64,000 bases of DNA, from positions 5,215,167-5,279,166 of the forward strand of contig CAVNZM010000005.1 of the NCBI GenBank assembly GCA_963693365.1, in the 5' to 3' direction. The stretch is from Amoebidium appalachense. Lineage: Eukaryota; Protista; Ichthyosporea. Within the stretch, counting starts at the first letter, position 1. The number at the start of each line of letters is the position of its first letter. The notes under the pieces are model-generated. The model was not told the origin of the DNA. It did not search any database and worked only from the letters and a program-made list of their open reading frames with translations. This document shows positions 1 through 14,711 of the stretch, piece after piece. Both the position numbers and the translations under genes were made by a program.

Positions 1-168
1 GTTTCGTGGCATTTGCATTACTGTCCGAAGAAAGAAATTTACGTTACTGCTTTTTGGAAAGATACACGTGCATTCTCCTCCTCCCCCCCCCCCCCCCCCC
101 CTCTCTCTCTCCCCCCCTCCCCCCACCCACCCCACCCACACACACACGCACACACGCGCGCGCGTGCA

Positions 169-223
<55 letters not shown>

Positions 224-303
224 CACCCTCTCCTGCGCAGTGGTTTTTATATTGCTTTTGGTTCCATGGTTGCCAACCTGTTCAGCACAACATTCTCCCC
301 CCC

Positions 304-354
<51 letters not shown>

Positions 355-607
355 CCTCCCCCCTCCCCGTCTCCTCCCGTTCGCCCCTCCCCACTCCTTC
401 TTTTTCCCCCTGAACCTCCTACCAAGCCTCCTCTGACGATTGTGTGGGGAAATCCATGCAGTTTCATGTTTAGTGCATATGAAATACGTTACATATCCAC
501 CATTTGCTTCCATCTACCACTGTACATATATGTCTTTATGCATAGGAACTAAACAAATTGTATTCATTCCTCTATTAGTAACTGAGCATATGTGTATTAT
601 CCCCCAG

Positions 608-1335
608 GTTCAGCCCACATCCAAACCAGACAAGAAACAGGAAGACAGAGACGAAAAGGGCGGAGAGGGGGGCAAAGGGGGGCAAAATGGACCCAGCCAG
701 GTCCCTGTGCCACGCGGCAAAAAGGGAAAAATGAAGAAGATGAAGGAGAAGTATGGTGACCAGGATGAGGATGAGAGGTCACTGAGGATGGACCTGCTCA
801 AGGTGTGATATTATAATGTTATAAAAATGTTTAAAATGTTTAATTTTTTGAAAATATTTAGAGTGGTTGAAAACTGTTGGAAAGGTTTTGATGTGTGGTG
901 GTGGTGGTTGGTGTGGTTGTAGGTGAATGGGTGTGTGGTGTTCGGAGATGGGACTAGGATGGGGGGGGAGACGGCCCCTGTGTATGGGCCTGCTAAAAGT
1001 GCGATCAGGTGTTTAGACAAATTGAAGGCTGTTGGAAAGATTAAGTTGTGTGTGTGGTTGTTGTTGGCGCGGTTGTAGGTTCTGGGTGTGTAATGGGTGT
1101 AGAGAAGGTGCAGAGATGAAGAAGTGATGTTATTGGGATGTGGATAGGTCACATCGGAGGGCCCTGATCAGTGTGAGTGTAAGAAGGAAAGAGTATTATC
1201 ATGCATGTTCGTGTGTTTGTTTTTTGTTGGTTAGGTGGATGTTGGGCCTTGTCTGTGCAATGGGTGTCGGCGTAGTCTTTCGTTGTTGTTGTTTTAATTA
1301 TGTGGGCACAGTCCGTGAAGGGTTGGCGGTTGTTT

Positions 1336-1366
<31 letters not shown>

Positions 1367-1589
1367 GGGGGAGCCGGTTTTGTTTCGTTGGTGCATTTTC
1401 CAAATTTCCAACACTCTCTACAGTCTGCAGGGACCAAGAACGATGCCAAGGGCGGAAAAGGCGGCAAGAAGGGGGGCTCATCAGGTACCGGCAAGGGGGG
1501 CTCATCAAGCAACAAGCAACACCCCCAGAATGCAAAACACGCAGAGGCAGCAAGGCAGGCGGCAGCAGCGCTTTTGGGGGGTGGAGTGA

Positions 1590-1630
<41 letters not shown>

Positions 1631-1775
1631 GAGGCACAGGCACAGGCAGAGGCACAAACACAGGGTCAAAATGCGGCTGGATTGCTCGAGCCACCAGCGC
1701 CTACAAATGAAGGTGAGTGGTGCGCGGGAGTGGAAAAGGGGCAGAGGGGGCGGGAGGAGGGGAGAAAAGGGGGAC

Positions 1776-1809
<34 letters not shown>

Positions 1810-1817
1810 AGAAGGTT

Positions 1818-1866
<49 letters not shown>

Positions 1867-1892
1867 CACGTGTGTGTGTGTCACGTGTGTGT

Positions 1893-1926
<34 letters not shown>

Positions 1927-2129
1927 TGTTTGTGTGTTTGTGTGTTTGTGCAAAAAAAAAAAAAAAAAAAATTGTTGGGGGGGGGGGAGGGGGGGGGGGG
2001 ATGTCCAACTAGTTGTTTGTCTGCAGATGATGCATCGTCCGATGGTGGACAATCAGGAACGGAGGGTGGCCAAGATGTGAGTCTTAACCCTACCTCTTCC
2101 CCAACCCAAAATTCCGCCCACGCCACACA

Positions 2130-2207
<78 letters not shown>

Positions 2208-2917
2208 AGCACACACACACAACCACACCCACACAACTTATGTTTGCAGCACCTGCCTCTTTGGCAGTAGGAAATGACCCCCTCTTGAGTGTAAGATTGC
2301 ACAGAAATTTCTTCAATCCATGTTGGCTGGTAACAGGGTGTGGATGAACGCCAGAGGCTCCCAATCGTGCGAGTGTTATAATTATCACTATCTTTGGATG
2401 GCAGCCTATTGAATATTGGTGACATTTCATTGGAAGGTTCACTTTCTACAGTTTAATCACCCCTCGGCGAGTTTAAGTCTCTGACGCTCCGAGAGCTTGG
2501 ACACATTTCCGTATGTAACGCTTTAACATTTTGTTTTGGGCTTCAGCGTGAAGCGATTAAGGCGGCTCGTGCCGAGCGCAGACGGCAGGAAAAGAAGGAG
2601 CAGGAGGAGTTAAGGGCACTGATGGCCGAGGAGAACATCATGGATGACGATGATAAGGTACGTACATGCCCATAAATGGAAATGGTATGTGACATGAAAG
2701 GAATTTGCTAACGCAACAAAAGAAACGTTCTTGACGCTGAGGTGCATGGGATTGTAAGTGTTTCCTAGCTGGTAAATAGCTGTTGAACATCTATCCTAAT
2801 TCCGAGGGCAAGAGGTGAGATGGGGTGGTGGTACTTTGGTTTACCAGCTAAACGGATGAGCATGCATCCCCCCCCCCCCCCCCCCCCCCCTCCTCCCCCC
2901 CTCCTCCCCCCCCCCCC

Positions 2918-2948
<31 letters not shown>

Positions 2949-3724
2949 ACACACACATTTCACAAAAGGGAAAGGTAAGTAGGGAAGGAAGGGGGGGGGG
3001 GGGGGGGGGGGGAGGAGAGACTGTGTGGAAGCGAACAGGAAAGTGCACATATATTGAGCCTGTCTGTAGACAAAACTCCAGGTTTCCATGTGTTGCTTCC
3101 CCCCCCCCCCCCCCCCACCACCACCACCACCACCACCACCACCACCACCACATTTTGGGGGGCGGAGGGGGGGGGGGGGGGGGGGGGGAGGGGGGGGGGG
3201 CTTAAATGTGATAAAAAATCAATGATCAAACACGTGCACCACGAAGCTAGTAAACAAAATTTCTTTCCCCCCTATTCCTGTGCAGGATTCGCAGCTAGGG
3301 ATGCTCAATGCGCTTACGGGCCAGCCCCGACCTGACGACCTCCTACTGTATGCCATGGCCTACTGCGGGCCATACTCGGCACTGCAGAACTTCAAGTACA
3401 AGGCTAAGCTCACTCCTGGCGGCCAGAGAAAAGGAAAAGGTAAGTTTAAACTTGCTGTTGTGGTGTGCTTTTTTTTTTCTTCTTTTCAGTCAGTTTGTTG
3501 CTCTGATTCCTCTGTTTTTTGCTGATGCTAATACTATCAGTCCTTGTGCGCACTTTCTGAGATATCTGCATAATTCCATCACTTTAATTTGACATACATC
3601 CCCACATCCGCATTGGGGCGCGCACACATGTAGATACACCATGCACGTGCACAGACACCAGCCCCCCCCCCCCCCCACACACACACACACACACACACAG
3701 ACACACCCCACAACCCCCCCCCCC

Positions 3725-3789
<65 letters not shown>

Positions 3790-3872
3790 GTCCCCCTCCC
3801 CCCCTTCCCCCCCTCTGCATCGTTACATGTTTCCCGTTGTTTATGTGTACTTTGTACTTAATGGCGCATTCA

Positions 3873-3917
<45 letters not shown>

Positions 3918-4200
3918 ACACACCACCAACCCAACCCACCCATGCACCCATCCGCACCCCTCCCTCACCCCCCTCCCTCCCCCCTCCCCCCCCCCCCTCC
4001 CCCCCCCCCCCTCCCACACACACACACACAAACACACACACACAGCGGCCAAGCAAGCCAAGGAGCTCTTCCTTCGCAGTGCAGACAATGCCGCCGAAAA
4101 GGAACTGATTCGTGCCGTGGGAGATAACGAACTGACGGCCCAGCTGCCAGGAAAGGTGAAGGTGTCGGCACCCAGTCTGCATGCGCCAAAGAAGAAATAA
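608..4200 (+). CDS. NEMF: NEMF/Rqc2 ribosome quality-control subunit, 3' portion (5' exons lie upstream of the window)
   Basis: Exons 608-802, 1424-1712, 2027-2076, 2547-2657, 3286-3439, 4046-4200, all GT-AG and phase-compatible. They encode PRGKKGKMKKMKEKYGDQDEDERSLRMDLLKSAG and [45 protein letters not shown]...LPGKVKVSAP, the NFACT-C/DUF3441 C-terminus. TAA at 4198-4200. Confidence 0.93.
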
Positions 4201-5515
4201 GAAATAGTTTTATGTTTTTGCTTCGTTATTGGCGCACTTTATTGCTTGTCTTATTTGATAGTCTGGTATGTTTGGCCGTGTGTGTGTGCCTGTTCAGAGA
4301 CTCTTTGGATGTGTGTATGAATGTGATTTAGCACACCACACTTTCCTGTTGGCACAGGCATGTATTGATTGGGTTGGCTACATGCGGCTGTCTCCCCCCC
4401 CCCCCCCCCCCCCCTCTCCCTCCCCCTCCCCCCTCTCCCCCCCAATTTAAACACACGCGCGTGCGCGCGCGCACACACACACACACACGTTGTGTGATTT
4501 CATATATTAGCATTCAAAAGAAAGTTTTATGTCTGTCACTCATGATAGGTCTTTCTTTTTTCTTTGTTCTAGGGGTCATGTTTGGTGTGTGCTTAGTCTG
4601 TTAGGTACTGGTATGACCCCTGTTGCTGCCTTTTGGGGGCTTTCTGGTGCCCTTTCTTATTTGGTCATAGTTTCTTCCGATCTCAGGGTATGAATGTATA
4701 AGGAAACACACCGATTTCTTTGTGTAGTGTGAAAAATACAATAAATGTAATAAAATTCTCTGGCTTCGTAACTTGCCTCACTACTTAACCTGTGGTTCGC
4801 GAAAGTTGGTGCTGGCTGGCATCGACATCATAACCCTGATGATGAGCACCATGTCAACCAAGTGGCCATTTTATCCTGCATGGCAAAAAAGCGAAGGTCT
4901 CACACATGTCTGCTTGCCTCAAGTATTGCACGTTCGTTCGTTTATTATAACCGTAGCACCACAGGTGCACGTGGCAGACTCTTGTGCAACTCCCTCTCTG
5001 AGAGGGTGCAGTCTACTTGTTACATCGAAAGTCAGTTCCATCGATATCCTCGATGGATCGGAAAGAAAAGTACCCCCATAACCATTCAATGATCATGATC
5101 CCCGTTTGACTGCACCTCCACTAATTCGCGCAAATAATCAAGCGGACTTGCCCAAGTGCATTCACACCATTACTCCAAACTAATCGCAAGAAACCCAGAC
5201 CCTTGAAGGCCTGACTCATGAAGAGGAATGGAGCCTCGGGAAACTTCGGCGGCAATGACCTCCCACAGCGTCCTTGCAGCTGGGAACGTTGCTGTCCGCA
5301 TATGCATGGGCACTTGATTTAATCCTCCTGACGACCAGGTGTAGCCGTGGTGTTTCTGTTGCCTGTGTGTTAAATACCTAATTATTACCAGTATAATGAT
5401 TTGTTTAAATGCAAACCGGTAGTTGGCTGAGACTGTTACCGAAAAGCGCTGAGCGTAAACCCCAATCTGGGTTTAGGTTTGGGTATCTGGGTACGGCACA
5501 TAGTAGCCCATGCCT

Positions 5516-5980
5516 CTAACACGTACTGACGTGTTGCCGCACGTGCGACGTTATACATCTACTCAGGCGGCCCTTTTAAGTAAAAAAAAAAAAAAAAAAA
5601 AAGGAAGGAGACACCACCTCAGTAGGTGGTAGGCAAAGGCACTATCACTAGGTAATATACCTATATGTTCTTAGCTTTGTCTTGTATATTTAGTGTTAAT
5701 TTTGTCCATGATCATGTTTAGCTATGGCGCACATTAACCAGTGTCAGGATCGAACGAATGAAACCGTACATAGCAAATTTTGAAAGTTTATATGGATATC
5801 TTCCTTTTATGTTATTCCTTGCATTCAGCTCACTTATTAATTTAAGTGGAATAACTAACACGTACTGACGTGTTGCCGCACGTGCGACGTTTAACATCTA
5901 CTCAGGCTTCCCTTTTAAGTTTAAAAAAAAAAAAAAAAAAAAAAAAGAAAGAAAGGAGACACCGCCTCAGTAGGTGGTAG
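5516..5980. mobile_element. Composite non-autonomous TIR element (two ~120-bp MITE units in direct orientation) with 9-bp TSD
   Basis: Units 5516-5632 and 5855-5980 are near-identical. Each has imperfect 23-bp TIRs. CCCATGCCT flanks the whole element at 5507-5515 and 5981-5989. Confidence 0.7.
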
Positions 5981-6363
5981 CCCATGCCTCGAGTAAACAG
6001 CGTTAACCCCTGAGATATCAGACATCAGGTAGTCTACAAATATCACCTCCTTGATAAGAATAAGAAATACATCCCAAACATATCTGCAGTTATATGATCA
6101 GTTATGACGTTTATTGTGAGGACTCCTGCCTCGTTACGTAATCACTCTCCCTCTCCTCTCTCTCTGCAGTTTTTCTGTCTTCCGGCTCCGTCGATAACTG
6201 AGTCTCTCTGTGCCTCTCTCTCTCTCCCCCTCCCTCCCCTTCCCCCCCTCTCCCCCCTCCCCTCCCCCTCCCCCCGGAGCCCCCTCTCTTGTCCCCACTT
6301 CCTCACTCCCCCCCCCCCCCCCTTTCCCCTCCCCCCGCCCCCCCCCCCCCCCCCCCCGGGCCC

Positions 6364-6409
<46 letters not shown>

Positions 6410-6612
6410 CCCGCCCGCCCGCCCGCCCGCCCGCCCGCCCGCCCGCCCGCCCGCCCCCTCTCACACGAGTTGCAACTCTGTTTGCTTTATCAAAAGAATA
6501 TTCCCTCCTCATAAGTTGGTGATTTACATTCTGCTGATTGACAGCTTGGCTGCGCATGCTTTTTGATATTTTGCTTTTACCTCCTGCTATTGGAGAAATT
6601 GCCAAAGAAAGC

Positions 6613-6672
6613 ATGGCAGGCGAAGCAGCATACATCAGCCGCCAGATACAGGTTCTAGTCCCTCGCCTTCCC

Positions 6673-6709
<37 letters not shown>

Positions 6710-7561
6710 CGCACTCCGTCCTCAACCTTCGCCTGCCCCATGCCCTTGTTAACTCTTAAGCTTCCCATCCTCCGCCTCTCCTCTCCCCCCCCCCCCCCTC
6801 CCCCCCCCCCCCCGCCCCTTCTTCCCGGGGGTCCCATTTGCCTCCTTTTTTGGGTGCAGGAATCGATCACTGTGCCCGTGCCCTTACTTCGGTTATATCA
6901 GAAGACTCCCACCGCATTATCATGACTGCTCCATTAGTAGCTTTTATAACAGGTGACAATCCAGCCATATACCATCACTCATTTCATCCCTCACCTTTAG
7001 TCACCTTATTTTCTTTTTCTTGCAAGAAAGTAAGTATGCACATCTTCGTACCTAACCCAATAAGAGCTAATCCCCGCTTATGTTACCGCTAGTGTTGTGG
7101 CATCTGTGCTTGGTCATGCAGGGCATAAGACAGCTCCACTAAGTACAGGTGGTATTTATTTCTGTTTTTTTTTTTTTTTTTTTTTTTTTTTCCCCCTTGT
7201 TTTAGGCAGCAAAAGAGTCGGATGATGGCCATTTGGACTTGGCCAACAGCAACCTGACAATGCTACCACAGGTGGGTGTGTGCTTTGGATGCATGGACAC
7301 AAACGAAGAAAGTTCCGTGTCAGTATTGGTTTTAATACGCTTTAGAGGAAAATGCCTCGTTTTCAAGCTTGTTCAGACACTGCTGGGTAGATCTGTGTGT
7401 TCATCTTTTCATGAGGACGGGCCGACCTTAACTTCTCTGTGCAGATTCCTGCACGCGTGTGTGATAAGAGAGTGTCTGTGTGCCCGTTTTTAACTAATGA
7501 ATGAAAAATTGGTGGCTTCTCACTTTCTCGGTGCCGTTTTTTCACGTGGGTTTTTTTTTTT

Positions 7562-7602
<41 letters not shown>

Positions 7603-8013
7603 GGGGGGGAGGCTGTTTTCGAAAACACATTATCGTGTCTTTTATGGCATGCCTGTGAATTTTGGCTCATATTCCTATGTAACCCCCCCCCCCCCCCCTC
7701 CCCCCTACCCCTCTACATTCAATGTTCTTGGGTATTAATTTATAGAACCCCCCTTTGTGTATTATAGACCCCCTGTTCGTGCTCTTTCGTATCTATGGGC
7801 CCCGCTACCAGTGTTTTTTTGTTATTATCATTCACACAAACGTTTTATTCCTCCATTACTTACTACTACGTATACAGTCGTTCATTCTCAGTCTTCAACA
7901 AAGAAAAAAAAATCAACTACAGCCCAAATCTCGTCGCTACCACCACTGCCACCACTCACAGTATACGTATATGTCACACAAGCACATACACACATACACG
8001 TACGGACATGCAT

Positions 8014-8086
<73 letters not shown>

Positions 8087-8276
8087 CAATGTTCCTCCTT
8101 CTGAGGGGTGTGAACCTGTCCACCTGTGACCTCAGTTCCAACCTGCTGACTTCAATCACCCCTCGCCTGTGCAATTTCTCAACCCTCACAGGCAAAGTGA
8201 TGCCAACCCCCGAGTGAACATCCTCCTTTCTCTCCCACTACGCTTTCACTCTCCCTCGCACTCACACACACGCACA

Positions 8277-8347
<71 letters not shown>

Positions 8348-8547
8348 CCCCCCCCCCCTCCCCCCCCCCCCCCCCCCCCCCCCTACCCCCCCCCCCTCTC
8401 CCTATCCCTCTCCCTCCCCCTCTCCCCCTCCTCACCCTTTCTCCTCTCTCTCTCTCTCCCTCTCTCACTCTCACTCTCTCTCTTCTTCTCCCTCCCCCCT
8501 CACAACCCCATTCCCCTGCCTCAACCACCACCTACCCAACCCAACGT

Positions 8548-8631
<84 letters not shown>

Positions 8632-9387
8632 ACAAACACACAAACACACCTAGCTCTCCAACCGTCCACCGGTTACTAACCGGAAACACACACGGGATAC
8701 AATCACACACTAGGATAGCTAGCCCTTAAAGCCATGCATGCACGAATAAGATTGCAGGCACTCATTTAGGACACGTGAACACACATACTCAAGCCACCTG
8801 TTAAGGTATATGCCATCGAGTTCCCGATTCATTTAAACTTCCTAATAGGCCACCCTGCACATATGTGGATGGGGCATGCCTGGGTGTCTGCTTGAACACT
8901 TCCGCATGTCTCAGCCTCTCTCAGGCACGGCAGAAGGGGGGGGGGGGGGGGGGGGGGGGGAGGGGGAGGGATAAATGTGCGTTAGAGAGAGCCAAGTGTG
9001 TGTGTGTTTGTGAGTTTCATGGTGGCAGTTGAGGGTGTTTTGCTTTTGCACGGTGGGAGGGAGAGGGGTGTTAGGGATGTACATCATTTAGAAGGGGCAA
9101 TATAGCCATCATGCATCTCCCTTTTTTTTTTGTTACATCTATTTAAGAAACCCTTTTTCCCCCCTAAATTCTGTTTTTGCAGGCCTGGACCTATCCAACA
9201 ACAGGCTATCGAGTCTTCCACACGAATTCAGCCAATTGTCTTCACTGCAGAGATTAAATCTCTCGTCCAATCGGTTTGAGACCGTACCTATTGCACCAAA
9301 TTCCTTTCCGAATTTGCGAGAACTAATCTTGGCTCACAACGAAATCTTGCAGATAGGTTCATGCCCCCCCCCCCCCCCCCCCCCCCC

Positions 9388-9431
<44 letters not shown>

Positions 9432-10123
9432 AAAAAGAAAAAAAGGAAAAGAAAAAAGAAAGAAAAGGAAAGGAAAAAGAATACGTGTGCGTGTTTACGC
9501 ATACATGCACACAGATAACAACTGCTTCTACCAATCACGCACATTTTCCACCAGCCTCCATCCCTAAGTTACATAGATATGTATCTTGGTGACGAACTAT
9601 CTTAGAACCCCACACTTCTACTTATATAGAGAGGCCTGAGAGCTCAGTGACAGGCAAGGCACCTTTTTCGTGTTGCAGGAGCATAATGCAGGGACTCTGG
9701 CCTTCGTGCAATAATAGAGCGGGGGGGGGGGGGGGGGGGGGGGGCAGGAGTATATCCATGTTGGTGCAAAATCCTTTTGGGGGGGGGGGGAGAGGGGGGG
9801 GGGGGGGGGGGATGGGGGGGGAGATATTGGGGGAGATATATTCCTGTAGGTGCTGAATGTGGTCCGAAGGGGAGGGGGGGGGGGGGGGGGGGGGGGGGGA
9901 GGGGGCAGGTAAGCACTGTACGGTTCTAACTTTTTGTGGCCTTTACACAGACGTGGAGGGGCTTGATAACCATTTCTCAATGGGACTATTGGTGGTCGAG
10001 GGGAACCCAATGCCGCCTGAGGAATGCAGAAAGGTGGCTGATCTGAATTCTCATTGGGCAACAAGAACCAATCAGGCACCTGCGGAGACAACTGCTTGCA
10101 CGGGCCTGGGGGCCCAAGCGTGA
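6613..10123 (+). CDS. LRRC20: Leucine-rich repeat protein, LRRC20-like (~185 aa)
   Basis: Exons 6613-6651, 7206-7271, 8086-8191 (GC donor), 9183-9356, 9951-10123. Protein MAGEAAYISRQIQAAKESDDGHLDLANSNLTMLPQAMFLLLRGVNLSTCDLSSNLLTSI...LDLSNNRLSSLPHEFSQLSSLQRLNLSSNRFE...GNP. The N-terminus, LRR spacing and length match LRRC20. Confidence 0.8.
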
Positions 10124-11122
10124 TCATGCCGTGGTCTGCAGTTGGTTACACTTCCATAATTCCCCCCCCCCCCCCAATTTTTAAACGACCAATAGAATGT
10201 TCCGTATGTGATGTAGTTTTTGGTACTGGCAGGTTTATTTGAGGCTGTGGAATGTGGTGTAGCTATAATAAGTTTTTATAGAAAAACGATGAATGCAAAT
10301 AGAGATAGATGTTGACATTTTTTCTCCATTAGCCCCACGGCTCCACGATCGATGATGCCCCCGTCACCTGCCTATGTACTTCCCCGTCTACCTGTATTAC
10401 GTACACACTTCTACGTACTGCCCTTTCAAAGCTTCCGAACTAAAATTTCGACACCCCGACACACACGACACCCCCAGTCTCTATAGCTCATACATAATAG
10501 ACTCATGCAAGCAGGAAGTTGGACCTCACCTTTGAAATATGGCTACCATTTTGCAAGTCACCTACTAATATTAGTACAAAGATGGAAATGTGTTCGATAG
10601 CTATATCATGGCGCAAGTGGCTTCACACGGTTGGCCAAGTAGCACAACGGGTGCTTTTTTTTTTTTTTGCGTTGACGGGATATATCCGTTTCAACTCATG
10701 TACCTTAAAGTTCACGGAGGCAGGCGACCGATGCCCCTGTGGCCTCTCATCTCAGATCATGCACATGCGCATGCACCAAAGTGCCCACATACATGGCTGT
10801 GTTGGCACGTGCATTGTGTCCCGTTAATGATTTGTCGCTGATTTTGAAATCATTATGATGTATATATGTGTGGGGGTTTACACTCGAGGCTAAGAGAGAC
10901 CAGTCTCAGGTATGGGGGGGTTTTGCTCGGAGTATCCCCTCAGCGGTATATCATGATCAAATACATAGATGTCGGGTGATAATTATATATCAGGGTTTAC
11001 TTTCTCTACGAGGCACCATAAAGACTAAGAAAAATCAATTAGTTGGGTTCCCCGTTTTTTATTTTTTTATTTTTTTTTATTTTCTTTTCCGGGCTCCCCT
11101 GAGACACTCGGTATCAGCTGGT

Positions 11123-11226
<104 letters not shown>

Positions 11227-11398
11227 AGAATTTTGTATTGATGTGTTTCCCAAGCCAATCAATACATCTAATGTGTGTGTGTGTGTGTGTACTAAAATTT
11301 TTGTTGCTCAGTGTCGGTGCTGTTGTCACGGGGTGGGTGTGCGCATGTACGATTGTGGGAGGGAGGGGTTGGGGGGGGGGGGGGGGGGGGAGGGGGGG

Positions 11399-11536
11399 TT
11401 TGAATGCGGAACCGACTGAGTACGCATACACGATGAGAAGCATGGTGCAGGACACATGCAAAGGCAAACAATCAAGTATGCAACATCAGCCATGCGCACA
11501 GTATGCGTCTTATATAAGCAGAGCCCATCCTCAGGG
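11399..11536 (-). mobile_element. Dispersed repeat family A, 3' fragment
   Basis: Reverse complement starts CCCTGAGGATGGGCTCTGCTTA and ends CGCATTCAAA-poly(C); sits between two G runs. Confidence 0.72.
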
Positions 11537-12333
11537 GGGGGGGGGGGGGGGGGGGGGGGGGGATATATCGAAGGAGATATGCATGGACGTGCACGCGTAC
11601 CTACATTCATGGCACGGTGCAGATGACAAGCAAGTGATTTTCTTCATTCCTTTAAATACTTTATCACTATTATTATGACATCCAATCCTGTGCATGCAAT
11701 TTAGTGGCAACACTCAGTTGTAACACTGACACTTGCACAGAAACGAAAATTGCAACCGTGCGAGTGTGTGGTTTTGGCACAGCCTCCACGTCTTTATTTT
11801 CTGTCCCTCAAGCGACCCGATGCACGCCGGGCCTAAAACTATACATGTACATTAACCCCAATAGTGTTAACACATTACCCATTCATGCGCTAGAAGCAAT
11901 CACCAACTTCTGAGAAAAAATATTTCACTACATTCATTCTAAGTAACAAAGACCCCGAGTCATTCAGCAAGTAAATTTTGGTAACCTGGAGAAGGGTCTG
12001 GTTTTTCTAAACATGTTTCGGTATGCGCAGGAAACTGTAGGTCCCACACTTACACTAGAAAAAACAAGAAGTGTGATGTATGTATCGTTGGACTGTGTCT
12101 TATGTGCGAGTGTAAGGGTGTAGGTGTGTTGTATATGTGGTTGTCTGTACGCGTTTGTGTGTGCAAACACGGTGGGGGTGTGGGTGGTGGTGGTGGGGAA
12201 GGGTGGGGCAGGAGACAAAAAAAAAAAAAAAAAAAAAAAAGAAAGGGGGGGGGGGGGGGGGGGGGGGGGTTGATAGGAGCATTGCAGGCCTCAGCGGAAA
12301 CACATCAGGGCGTCATAAGGGATAGCCAATAGT

Positions 12334-12488
12334 TCAGCAGCATTCTTTGCCTAATTTGGGAACCGTATCTGGTCGAACATTTTGGACAAAGCCGACGAGG
12401 ATGAAGCGCTTGCCCTTGGTCACTGGAGACCCGGCATGCTCGAGCTGTGTGTGTGTGTGTGTGTGTGTGTGTGTTCGTGTGTGTGTGT

Positions 12489-12527
<39 letters not shown>

Positions 12528-12635
12528 CGCGCGCGCGCGCGCGTGTGTGTGTGTATGTGTATGTGTATGTGTGTGTGTTCGTGTGTTCGTGTGTGTGTGT
12601 GTGTGTGTGTGTGTGTTCGTGTATGTGTATGTGTT

Positions 12636-12691
<56 letters not shown>

Positions 12692-12738
12692 CGTGTGTGT
12701 GTGTGTGTGTGTGTGTTCGTGTGTGTGTGTGTGTGTGT

Positions 12739-12796
<58 letters not shown>

Positions 12797-13013
12797 ACGC
12801 GGGCATGCTCGTGCTTGTGTGTGTGTGCGTGTGTGTTTTGGGTGTGCATGTATGCGTGTAGGTGTTGCGGGGGTTTGTTAGGTTAGTTGGGGGCTTCTTC
12901 CCCCAGTGGAGGGGGGGGGGGGGGGGGGGGGGGGGGAGAGGAGAGAGGGTCCTCTTGGTTTTTTCCCCCTAGCTTTCATTTCATTTCTTCTTCTTCTTTT
13001 CTTCCTTTAAATT

Positions 13014-13053
<40 letters not shown>

Positions 13054-13433
13054 TTTTTTTTTTTTTTGGGGGGGGGGGGGAGGGGGGGGTCGTAAGCGGA
13101 GGGGAGGCAAGGAGCAGGGGGAAGGGAGGGGAGGGCCGGGGGGCAGCACCCACTGTCTTTGTGTGTTCCTATGTGCAAGCGAGTCTCCTTCGCGCGCTCG
13201 TGTGTGCGTGTATGTGCATGCATGGGTAGGTACCATCAAATTTACGCGAAAAAGGACACAGACACGAGCAACGACACATGCACATGGGCTCAGTGGAGGA
13301 GGGAGTCACCGTGTCCGAGTCTCGTGCACATTAGGAGACATTTATTTCTGCCCTACTATCTCGGGTTGTATCTATCCCGAAAATAGATATATCCATAAAG
13401 ATGGCCATATAGACCCCCACGAGAGCACATACG

Positions 13434-13473
<40 letters not shown>

Positions 13474-13861
13474 CCCTTCCTCCCTCAAAGCGAACAACAC
13501 AATGCAGAGCAAAAACCACACATGAAGAGCATGCAACAATAGCAGAGCCCATCCTCAAGAAGAGGGGGGTGGGTTGGGGGGGGGAGGGACTCCAATGTGT
13601 TACACAGCCCGAAGTAAAAAAAAATTCAAAAGAACACTACACGCAAGCGTATGCAACACAGTGATGAGTAGTATCGTACCTTTCCATCATGCACGCATGC
13701 CTGGCCCTGCTGAATATGGACAGTCTTGCCCAGGTGGGAGATGTATGTGCCCCCGCCCTCAAAGTCACTGGCCGGATTTAGCAACACGTTGAATGATATG
13801 ATCGACCCATCAGTGTGTAGCCCCAGGGAGTTTTGGGAGGTCTCGCTATCACCTTGGGTGG

Positions 13862-13911
<50 letters not shown>

Positions 13912-14403
13912 TGAGTGGTGTGTGTGTGTGTGCATATGTGTGTGCGCTTGCGTGAGGGTGAGTGGGTAAGCGTGGGTTGGGGCACCAACAAAAGTGAGCT
14001 GAGGTTTGAGTAGTGGCGGCAGAAGAAGGGGATTGAACTCGAACGTGGTGTGTATGTGGGAGGCCGGGGGGGAAGGGAGGGGGGGGGGGGGGGGGGGGGG
14101 GGACAGGGTGAGAGAACAATGCCGGGGAGAATCAGAGCACAAACATGGACACCAACTCTCGATTCCTTAAACAAATTGGTCCAGCCACTTGTCTCATTTC
14201 CCCCCCCCCCCCCCCCCCCCCTCCCTCCCCCCCCCCCAAAAAAGAAAGAACTTCGGAAAGAAAGCAAAAAAAGAAGAAGAAAGAAAGAAAGAAAGAAAAC
14301 AAGAAGATAAATGCCTAGAAAAACAACCTTCAATTAGGAAGAGGTGTGGTGGGGTTGGTAAGTGTCGCTGGGGGAAAAAGGGGGGGGGGGGGGGGGGGGG
14401 GGG

Positions 14404-14460
<57 letters not shown>

Positions 14461-14669
14461 GGGAGGGGGGGGGGGGGGGTATATCAAAAGTATGCATCAA
14501 AGGTATGGTCCCGAAGAGGGCACGGAGGAGGAGGAAGGTGTGTGTGGTGGGGGGGAGGGGGAGGGGGGGGAGGGGGGGGGGGGGGGGAGGGGGAGGGATC
14601 AAGAGTATGCATTAAAAGCAGGGTCCCGAGGAGGGCAGGGAGGAGGAGGAAAGGGTGTGTGTGTGTGTG

Positions 14670-14711
<42 letters not shown>

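Noticed and set aside
4770-5365. Possible coding exons between NEMF and the LRR gene
   Set aside because: Only short open frames on either strand, with no recognisable motif or consistent splice chain.
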